Origin: a virus
Lineage: Duplodnaviria; Caudoviricetes
DNA length: 64,000 bases
Strand: one strand, 5' to 3'
Virus record (IMG/VR): IMGVR_UViG_3300028914_000003
Span: 1 to 64,000 of that record
Of this stretch, positions 57,007-64,000 are shown one piece after another. The stretch's first letter is position 1. Each line of letters begins with the position of its first letter. Made by a program: the position numbers and the translations under genes. The notes under the pieces were generated by a model. The model did not search any database and had not been told where the DNA came from. It saw only the letters and a program-made list of their open reading frames with translations.

Positions 57007-58044
57007 TCACGCCGCCATAGGCAGGGCCACAGGCCCCTCCATCGCCTTGCGGATAGCATCGTACTTCCGCAGGATATAGTTCGTGGCCGACTGCACCTGG
57101 TCGATGACCTTGGGGATAAACTCCTTGTCGCTCTTCAGCGCCTGCCGCCAGTTCTGCACATAGGCGATGTGGTTCTCATCCAGCAGCTTGCCGATGCCGA
57201 GCATCGAGCAGACGCAGGCCGACGACAGCTCCGCCACGAACTCCTCCATGGCATAGTCCTCGTCGCCGAAGTGTCCCTTCACCTCGCGCTTCACGTCGGG
57301 AGCGGTAGAGTGCGCCATCTCATGCAGCGCCGTGGCATAGAACCGCTCGTCGCCCAGGAACTGACTGCGCTCTGGCAGACAAATCTTGTCCTGCGTCGGC
57401 GAATAGTAGCACTCATGCCCCTTGAACTCAATCTTGCAGCGCCACTCGCCCTGCATGATCATACGCTCCAACACCTCGTCCACTGTGCCGTGTACATAGT
57501 CGTGCTCTGGCACTCTCGTCAAATTTTCCCACTTGTCAGGGAACTTCTCCCTGAAGTCGGTCTGCGATAGGTTGAACTCCGGAAAGGCACGCATAGAGAA
57601 ATACTTGCGGCACTCGTCCTTCTCCTCCTGCGACAGCGCGTCATACTCCTTAGCGGTCAGGCGGTTGCCGTCCTTGTCGTAAATCTTCGGGAGCATCTTC
57701 ACCACGGGGAAACTGCTCTCGAACTGCGGCATACCGTTGTCCTTGAACTTCGGCATACCCTGCTCGTCCATAGCCAGGTTTAGGCTCAGCCCCATCTCCG
57801 TCAGCTGCTCGAACGTCAGGAACATAGGCACCTCCCACCCCTTCACGGCGCACAGCAGCGTCAGGAAGAAGTCGTTCATCCCTCGATAGGGCTTCTTATA
57901 CTTGTAGTTGCAAGGCGACCCGTGTCTCGGTGCCACCCACGGCTTCTGATAGTTCGCGCCCTCCATCGTGTCGAGCGCCGTAGCGAACAACTCCGCATAC
58001 TTTTCCTTCTGCTTGTCGTTCATCGTGAATTGTTTCTTTGCCAT
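57007..58044 (-). CDS. ardC: ArdC-family antirestriction protein (ssDNA-binding + zincin metallopeptidase)
   Basis: KPW...PYRGMN...FLTFEQ; YYSPTQDKICLP; ALHEMAHST; YAMEEFVAEL; YVQNW. Confidence 0.85.
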   Translation of the reverse strand: MAKKQFTMNDKQKEKYAELFATALDTMEGANYQKPWVAPRHGSPCNYKYKKPYRGMNDFFLTLLCAVKGWEVPMFLTFEQLTEMGLSLNLAMDEQGMPKFKDNGMPQFESSFPVVKMLPKIYDKDGNRLTAKEYDALSQEEKDECRKYFSMRAFPEFNLSQTDFREKFPDKWENLTRVPEHDYVHGTVDEVLERMIMQGEWRCKIEFKGHECYYSPTQDKICLPERSQFLGDERFYATALHEMAHSTAPDVKREVKGHFGDEDYAMEEFVAELSSACVCSMLGIGKLLDENHIAYVQNWRQALKSDKEFIPKVIDQVQSATNYILRKYDAIRKAMEGPVALPMAA

Positions 58045-58075
58045 AGTCACTTCGTTTTAGTTTCAAGTTTCACGT

Positions 58076-58558
58076 TTAACCCATATAGGTTGTCTGCCAG
58101 TCATCGCACGACGGGTCGAGCGTGGTAGCACGGAACGACAGGTCGTTGCATCCGCAGGGCGTAAACAGGTGGAAGTCCTCGCCACGATAGCCGCTCTTGA
58201 AGTCAGCCTTCCATGCGGCATAGTTGTGCATGATGGCGTCCATAGTCACATTAAATCCGTTGGCCTTGAACTCTTCCATAATCTTACGGGCACGCCCCGG
58301 TTTCAGATCCCACACATTAGGCAGGTCGATGTCATACTCACGATAGGGAAACCCCTCCTTGATGTCACGGCCGCTAAAGTTCATTTCATTCAGCGTAGGC
58401 CAGTCGCACGTCTTCCACTCGTCGTCGCCCGGCTCCACATACTGCATAGTCTGCATGTTCACCTTAATCTCCCAGTTCCACGGCAGGAAGCAGTCCTTGC
58501 CCTCGATGACGAACCAGTGGGAGTCGCTGGCTTGCCTCGTTGTTCTGATAGTCTCCAT
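58076..58558 (-). CDS. Hypothetical protein
   Basis: 160 aa. Confidence 0.7.
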   Translation of the reverse strand: METIRTTRQASDSHWFVIEGKDCFLPWNWEIKVNMQTMQYVEPGDDEWKTCDWPTLNEMNFSGRDIKEGFPYREYDIDLPNVWDLKPGRARKIMEEFKANGFNVTMDAIMHNYAAWKADFKSGYRGEDFHLFTPCGCNDLSFRATTLDPSCDDWQTTYMG

Positions 58559-58651
58559 AATCTGGATATTTTTGAGTTAAATTTTGAGCGGAGTGACCCA
58601 ATAGAGTCACCCCGCCCATTCGTGAAATCCGTGCAATCCGTGGTCGAAAAG

Positions 58652-60268
58652 TTATGCCGCCTTGCTCATGGCATTGACAATCTCCATAGCCTCCTTGTCG
58701 CCTGCCACCACACGCTTGATAAGGTCAGCCACCTCGGCCTCTGTATAGGTCTTGCCCTTGGGCTCGTCCTCCTTGGCAGCCTTGCGCTCCTCGCGCTTCT
58801 GCTTCCACTCTTCCCGCGTCCGGGCACGCTCCTCGGTAGCCTTGTCGATGATTGACTGGCAGTCCTTGAGTGCCTTGCCTGCGTTCAGCGCGTCGCACAC
58901 CTCCTTGGCAGCGTCGGCATAGCGAGGACCAAAGATGAGATAGAAAGTCTTGCCTCCGTCCTTGTTGCGCTCATAGGTAGCCGATCCGTGCAAGTCGGCA
59001 GCGTTCACGTAGGCAGGGTCGTTCTCGCCAAAGCCCAGAATACGGGCACACGTCTTGCCCTTCTTGTTGGTGTAGGTCGAATAGGTCAGCTTGCCGTCAG
59101 CCTTGGCCTTCGGCTCCTGCTTCTTAGGCTTGCCGCTCTTCTTTGCCTTAGGCATCTCGATAGTCTTAGCGGTAGTCTTGGCAGGCTCCACCTTGATGTC
59201 GTCCACCTCCTCGACCTCGTCGGCAGGTGTCTCGGCAGCGGTATCGCCCTGCAGTTTCCACACCTTGTCGGAGAGCATCTTCTCCAACTGTGCCAGCTTG
59301 ATAGGCATGGGGATAGCGGCAGCGTCGCCCTTTTTGAACTCACCCTGCAGGGTGTCATCCTCTGCACTCTTGATAGTAATACTTGCGACGTTGTCGCCTA
59401 CGATAATCACTTTGCCGATAAGGTCGGCGGCCTTCATGTTGTTCTGTGCCATAGTTGTTTGATTTTTATTGTTTGACTCTTCCGTGGCGGTAGTAATCTG
59501 TTCGGTGATGCCACGCTTCACCAGCTTCTTCGTTAGTTTCGGGTCCTCCAATTCGTCGCAGATAGCGACCCGCTTGCCAGCTCGGATGAGCTTGGGCAGA
59601 TAGGTGTCGAGTGCATGGTGGGGGAACATAGCCATCTGATAGCCGTCCTTATGGGTGGTCAGCGTAATGCCCAGTATCTTCGCGCACTCCACCGCGTCCT
59701 CACAATACGCCTCGTAGAAGTCGCCGCAGCGGAACAGCAGCAGCGCATCGGGATGTTTTGCTTTCAAGTCCTTAAACTGCTTCATCGTCTTCTGTCCCAT
59801 AGTCTCACTCGGTTTTTCGTTGGCGCTCTCTCTTGCAGCCCGCACCTGAGCCTTCACCATAGCCTCGTTCTTCACGTTCTTCATGAACTCGCAGGTGCTT
59901 GCCGTATAGCCGTACAGCGCAACCGACTTCATCAGGTGTTTCAGATGCTCCCAGTCACGCTCGTTGAACAGATAGGCGATGTCATCCTTTGCCTGCTGAA
60001 GAGCAGCCGCCATCACGTCGATGGTCTTCTGCGAGTTCTTCGGGCTGTCCTTTACATCCACCCAGATAGTGTCCGTCAGCGGATTGCCGCTGAAGTCGAA
60101 CGTGCAGCCGTAGCCGCCCCAGTCCGTCTTCCACCCTGCATGGATATTCGCATAGAAGCCCCTACCCTTGCGGTAGCCGGCCGTCACGTTAAGCACGTCA
60201 TACGTCTGTCCCTCGTGCTCATAGGGAGTCACTCCAATATAGAAGTTCTTGTCTTCAATCTTTGCCAT
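58652..60268 (-). CDS. Polyvalent protein with a MutS domain I; probable second in-frame start at 59452
   Basis: [18 protein letters not shown]...[24 protein letters not shown]. Confidence 0.75.
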   Translation of the reverse strand: MAKIEDKNFYIGVTPYEHEGQTYDVLNVTAGYRKGRGFYANIHAGWKTDWGGYGCTFDFSGNPLTDTIWVDVKDSPKNSQKTIDVMAAALQQAKDDIAYLFNERDWEHLKHLMKSVALYGYTASTCEFMKNVKNEAMVKAQVRAARESANEKPSETMGQKTMKQFKDLKAKHPDALLLFRCGDFYEAYCEDAVECAKILGITLTTHKDGYQMAMFPHHALDTYLPKLIRAGKRVAICDELEDPKLTKKLVKRGITEQITTATEESNNKNQTTMAQNNMKAADLIGKVIIVGDNVASITIKSAEDDTLQGEFKKGDAAAIPMPIKLAQLEKMLSDKVWKLQGDTAAETPADEVEEVDDIKVEPAKTTAKTIEMPKAKKSGKPKKQEPKAKADGKLTYSTYTNKKGKTCARILGFGENDPAYVNAADLHGSATYERNKDGGKTFYLIFGPRYADAAKEVCDALNAGKALKDCQSIIDKATEERARTREEWKQKREERKAAKEDEPKGKTYTEAEVADLIKRVVAGDKEAMEIVNAMSKAA

Positions 60269-60276
60269 ACTCTTAC

Positions 60277-60648
60277 TCAGTTTAGCATCCACTTAAACTC
60301 AATCTCACGCTCGTCTTTGTGATTGTCCAATAGCTTATCAATCCACGCCACGAGCGACCAGGGGTCGAGCGTCTTGAAATACTTGCGTAGACGCCCGATA
60401 GTGTTTTCATCTTTCAGCACGAGGTTCGTCTGCAAATCCAGCAGCTTCATGTAGCTGATACGGAACTCGCTGCCGATAGAATAGCAGCCCATATAGATTT
60501 CGCCGGCCATGTCAAGCAGGCACTGGGTCACGGTTTCCCTCACGACGGCTTTCTTCGTTTCGATGCCAGTCGCTTCATAGACGGGCATATCAGTAACCAT
60601 AGCGGCACACAGCTGCATAGGTCTTGTGGTATCAGGAAATACGCTCAT
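60277..60648 (-). CDS. Hypothetical protein
   Basis: 123 aa. Confidence 0.65.
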   Translation of the reverse strand: MSVFPDTTRPMQLCAAMVTDMPVYEATGIETKKAVVRETVTQCLLDMAGEIYMGCYSIGSEFRISYMKLLDLQTNLVLKDENTIGRLRKYFKTLDPWSLVAWIDKLLDNHKDEREIEFKWMLN

Positions 60649-60650
60649 AG

Positions 60651-60911
60651 TCAGTCCTCCAATATATAGTCCGAATAGTCCTCCACCTTGAAGATGACAT
60701 CAAGCAGCCACTTGAAGTTCCTCATGCTCACGGTCACAGCCGACCGCCCGTAGTGCTCCCAGTAGATATACTCCTTGCCGTAGCTCGGCGAACCATAACG
60801 GTCGCACACGCCGATAAAGCATAATGCAGTCCCGTACTTCAGCGTCCAGCCTGCCTTTAGCCTCTGATAAGCCTCACGCAGTTTCTCTCGCTTTGTCATT
60901 TTCTTCTCCAT
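60651..60911 (-). CDS. Hypothetical protein
   Basis: 86 aa. Confidence 0.65.
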   Translation of the reverse strand: MEKKMTKREKLREAYQRLKAGWTLKYGTALCFIGVCDRYGSPSYGKEYIYWEHYGRSAVTVSMRNFKWLLDVIFKVEDYSDYILED

Positions 60912-60915
60912 AGTT

Positions 60916-61239
60916 TCACGCTGCTTTGTCTAAGTCTTTCATCCATCCCTCGGCCACCACCTCGGTCTCGTTGTAGCCGTCAGGGGTGGCGATAATCTGA
61001 TAGCGGGCATCGTCGCGTGTCAGCGTAGCGAACAGCGTAGTCCACCCGTGCTCCTTAGCCTGCTTGCGCCACCCAGCCAGATAGCGCAGCGCCGTCTTCA
61101 CCAGCTTCACCGATACGCGGTTGAAGTCGCGCTCGGCTATGCGATTGCCATTCTCGTCGCGCTTGCCCTCCAGATACAGGGCTTCGCGATAGGTATCAGC
61201 ACCATACCAGTGCTGAATAATGTAAGTCTGCTTTGCCAT
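60916..61239 (-). CDS. Hypothetical protein
   Basis: 107 aa. Confidence 0.7.
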   Translation of the reverse strand: MAKQTYIIQHWYGADTYREALYLEGKRDENGNRIAERDFNRVSVKLVKTALRYLAGWRKQAKEHGWTTLFATLTRDDARYQIIATPDGYNETEVVAEGWMKDLDKAA

Positions 61240-61242
61240 ACC

Positions 61243-61356
61243 TCACGCTGCTTTTCTGATAAACATGGGCACCAGCTGCTGTGCCTCGTTATTGCTCACG
61301 TGCAGGGCGACCGCAATCTGGCGGCGCACCTTGTTGATAGAAATTCTCTTCGCCAT
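61243..61356 (-). CDS. Small basic protein (37 aa, ends RKAA)
   Basis: Manual translation; ACGACTATG start context. Confidence 0.5.
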   Translation of the reverse strand: MAKRISINKVRRQIAVALHVSNNEAQQLVPMFIRKAA

Positions 61357-61677
61357 AGTCGTTTATTTTTTTAGTTACACACTTCGTCACGCAGATAGTC
61401 TCTGAACGATACATTTACTCTCGTTGCGTCTTGACGCTGCCATGCAAGGTAGTCGTCATAGACCTCTTGGATAGTTCTCATCATAGTCATGCCAGTGAAT
61501 AAGTTTCATACACTCCTACCCCACTCGATTGCAGGGTACGCCCTATGCGCCATGCCTGATGGCGTAGATAGGACACAGCACCTGCACTCAATCGGTAGGC
61601 TGCAATAATCTCGCCGCAGAGAAGCATACTCCATGCCTCGCTCCACGATAGGAAATTCTTTCGTCTCGGTTTCATAT

Positions 61678-61944
61678 TTAGAACGGGATTTGCTCATACA
61701 CACTCGGACGCTCATAGATGGTCACAAACTCATCCATGCCGTCGCTCCACGTCAGCAGGTGGTGCTCGCTTGTCGCTTGCACATCGTCCACCACTTCCTC
61801 CGCCTCAGGCTCATGCACAAGGTGGGGATAGTGCTCGCGGATATACTCCACGAACTCATCCAGCGTCATGCGCTGGTATGCCTCTGCCAGTTCTTCCCAC
61901 GCTTCCTCGCTTTGGGAATACCAGATAAAACGTTTTGCTTCCAT
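61678..61944 (-). CDS. Hypothetical protein, paralog of the N-terminus of 62325-62873
   Basis: LDEFVEYIREHYP.L..EP vs LDEFVEHVRTHYP.A..EP. Confidence 0.7.
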   Translation of the reverse strand: MEAKRFIWYSQSEEAWEELAEAYQRMTLDEFVEYIREHYPHLVHEPEAEEVVDDVQATSEHHLLTWSDGMDEFVTIYERPSVYEQIPF

Positions 61945-61947
61945 AGT

Positions 61948-62322
61948 CTAAGCTGATTTTAGTTCAACATTCTTCTCCCTGCACTCCCGTTCGTCCTCAC
62001 GCCAGCGGAACCCCATAAGAGAGTCTGTAAAACGTGAGAAACTACCGCTCCATGAGTCTCCGCCCTCACGGAAGAATGAGTGCCACAGTGTCTCCTGATA
62101 GCACGCCTTAACACTCCACGTCTCGATGCCGTCGATAAGCACAGAGACATCCATAGGCGCATAGCCATAGAGCGCAAAGAGCTTGTCGGCCTCCTTGTCG
62201 TAAAACTCCTGCATGGCAGGGCGCAGGCGGTTGCAGTTCAAGTCACGCGGATAGGTGTAGTCAAACGTGCGATCTATGTTCGGGAAATAGAGACGCACAG
62301 TCTCTTGTCTTTCGTTTGCCAT
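61948..62322 (-). CDS. Hypothetical protein
   Basis: 124 aa. Confidence 0.7.
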   Translation of the reverse strand: MANERQETVRLYFPNIDRTFDYTYPRDLNCNRLRPAMQEFYDKEADKLFALYGYAPMDVSVLIDGIETWSVKACYQETLWHSFFREGGDSWSGSFSRFTDSLMGFRWREDERECREKNVELKSA

Positions 62323-62324
62323 AG

Positions 62325-62873
62325 TTAGTCCTCCAGCTTATAGAACACAACAGACTGGTTTATCAGCGGCTCTGCGCCGTCGCGCTTCAGCGCCATCTCA
62401 TAGTCAGGCTCAGACAGACGCTCCGACCAACGACCCAGCGGGTTCACGCCGCCCTCGTCGGTGTACACATAGAGCCACTTGCCAGGCATCCGATGCACGC
62501 CAACGGTGCCGAACTCATAGTGCGTATCGTCCACATCCTCGCATACGCCCCACTGCGAATTGTCCACACCGCTGCGGTTGATAGCGTCGAACAGACCGAA
62601 CATACGCTCCTTCCACGTCTTCGACATCTGCTTCTCGTATATACGCATCGTCTCGCCCATATTGTGCTGCTCGTTAGTCAGGATATAGCGGTCGCTCTGC
62701 TCGTCCACCATGCCCTGCACCTGCTCCTCAGCAGGCTCACACAATGCCTGCGGATAGTGGGTGCGCACATGCTCCACAAACTCGTCCAGCTCGCCCTCGA
62801 AGTTATAGAACTCGTTAGCCAGCCTCTCCGAATACTCGTCGGTGTCATGCACCATGATAATCACTTTTGCCAT
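62325..62873 (-). CDS. Hypothetical protein
   Basis: 182 aa from MAKVII. Confidence 0.7.
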   Translation of the reverse strand: MAKVIIMVHDTDEYSERLANEFYNFEGELDEFVEHVRTHYPQALCEPAEEQVQGMVDEQSDRYILTNEQHNMGETMRIYEKQMSKTWKERMFGLFDAINRSGVDNSQWGVCEDVDDTHYEFGTVGVHRMPGKWLYVYTDEGGVNPLGRWSERLSEPDYEMALKRDGAEPLINQSVVFYKLED

Positions 62874-62891
62874 AGTCACTCCTCCCATAGT

Positions 62892-63128
62892 TTATGCCAG
62901 GATGCCGTCGAACGGATCCCACGTGTAATTCAGCTCGTGCGCCATGTCCTGCACAGCCGCCTTGCCGCACTCGTCCATAGCAGGCGCAGCCAGCAGGCCG
63001 GCTGCCATGGAAACTATTACTGCACTGCCTGTAGAGCAGCGGATAGCCTTCGGGGTATTCTCCCACATCTTCTTGAAGATAGTCTTTACACTCTTCTTGG
63101 CGGTGTTTGCCATGTCTTTTGTTGCCAT
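62892..63128 (-). CDS. Hypothetical protein
   Basis: 78 aa. Confidence 0.6.
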   Translation of the reverse strand: MATKDMANTAKKSVKTIFKKMWENTPKAIRCSTGSAVIVSMAAGLLAAPAMDECGKAAVQDMAHELNYTWDPFDGILA

Positions 63129-63162
63129 AGTTGTAAATTTTTTGAATTGAATTTGTTGATGA

Positions 63163-63378
63163 TTATGCTGCGCGCTTATAGTTAGCGCGTTTGTTGTCGA
63201 TAGAGCGATAGCGGGTGTCGCGCTTCGCGTCGAACACTCCCACTAATGCTGCGCCCAAGATGCCCGTGCAGAAATACACGGCCACCACTACGTTAGTGCT
63301 GACGCCATGCTCCACCAGCACCAGCGCCATAAACATAGCCACGATAGCGGCTATCAACATTTTTGCGATTGTTCTCAT
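63163..63378 (-). CDS. Small 2-TM membrane protein
   Basis: 71 aa from MRTIAKM. Confidence 0.6.
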   Translation of the reverse strand: MRTIAKMLIAAIVAMFMALVLVEHGVSTNVVVAVYFCTGILGAALVGVFDAKRDTRYRSIDNKRANYKRAA

Positions 63379-63568
63379 TTTCGTTTTGGTTTTAGTTACT
63401 TTACTTCTTCGGCATAGTCTGCCGTCTGCTCTCCAAGTTCCCACTCCACTTCGTCCAGACGTTCACTTGCAATAGCACATGCCTCGTCCTTGCTATCCGC
63501 TTCCAAATACAGATAGCCATTGTGGATCTGCGTACATGTTACACAATATTTTGCCATAGTTTATGGTT

Positions 63569-64000
63569 TTAGCTGTTCACATAGTTACCAACAGGCGTGT
63601 CAATAGTCACGTCCTCAAATTGCAGGCGATAGTCCGCAGGCTCGCCGTCGAAGAAGTGGTTGATAGCCACGACGCACTGCTCGGCGGTAACATCATGCTC
63701 GTACTCCTTGCTCGCCTCATAGAGGGAGTTTACATAATCCTCGTGCCCCTGCATGCCGTCTACGAACTCCGACAGCGGCAGGCACACGCCACGCACGTCG
63801 ATAGTCTTCCAGTTGTCGCCCTTATAGGTGTATCCCAAGAGCGAAATCTGCTTCTGTCCCATGTCGTCAAGTTCGACAGCATAGAAGTCGATAGCCTCTG
63901 GCTGGCGCACGGGCTTGAACCGCGTCATGTCGCAAAGGTGCTCCCGCAGATAGTCCAGCAGCTCCTCGTCCGTAGGATCCCTGCGTATAAACTCCGAGTC
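63569..64000 (-). CDS. Hypothetical protein, 5' end outside the window
   Basis: Frame open to base 64000. Confidence 0.65.
   Translation of the reverse strand, partial: DSEFIRRDPTDEELLDYLREHLCDMTRFKPVRQPEAIDFYAVELDDMGQKQISLLGYTYKGDNWKTIDVRGVCLPLSEFVDGMQGHEDYVNSLYEASKEYEHDVTAEQCVVAINHFFDGEPADYRLQFEDVTIDTPVGNYVNS

Noticed and set aside
15141-58645. Short AATCCGTG / AATTCGTG / TTTCAAG iterations (15141, 17859, 23211, 46694, 48109, 58622)
   Set aside because: Only 2-3 copies each; common Bacteroidota intergenic low-complexity motifs, with no system evident
28111-63185. Long + strand ORFs such as 28111-29175, 31996-33024, 42151-43326, 44776-46122, 52908-54005, 55030-55959
   Set aside because: Antisense shadows of GC3-rich minus-strand genes that carry recognisable domains
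1-64000. TAG stop-codon recoding as in some Prevotella phages
   Set aside because: Long genes are intact in code 11 and TAG ends genes cleanly (e.g. 5321, 5762)

Overview
64 kb of a large Bacteroidota (Prevotella-like) phage or prophage. Host inference rests on TAnnTTTG promoters, AT-rich leaders mostly lacking a Shine-Dalgarno sequence, and DUF4494/DUF6722-type genes; the genetic code is standard. Left to right: (1) divergent virion/tail genes and a lysis-type membrane pair (1-6.1 kb). (2) A long minus-strand middle/replication block (6.2-33.4 kb) with a primase-helicase, a 3'-5' exonuclease, DUF3310, ASCH-like, MTase-like and ART-like genes, and an AT-rich island of repeat proteins. (3) A divergent HTH repressor (33.5-34.2 kb). 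(4) A minus-strand early/anti-defence region (34.3-64 kb) with HicAB, an orphan HigA-like antitoxin, a DarB-like MTase-helicase, a J-domain protein, a beta-clamp-like protein, ArdC and a MutS-I-containing protein. The main finding is in the early region: a non-retron, non-DGR reverse transcriptase (YCDD) and a 385-aa partner gene, interleaved with 8 copies (2+6) of a ~100-180-nt structured non-coding unit. The units differ in sequence but share one fold: a closing stem, a GCTNTA-N6-YGATR motif, a long variable hairpin, TAAA, and a hexaloop hairpin that forms a covarying pseudoknot. This looks like an RT fed by an array of different template RNAs, probably producing a set of ssDNA hairpins (inference). 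All family calls come from motif recognition by eye; no database was searched.
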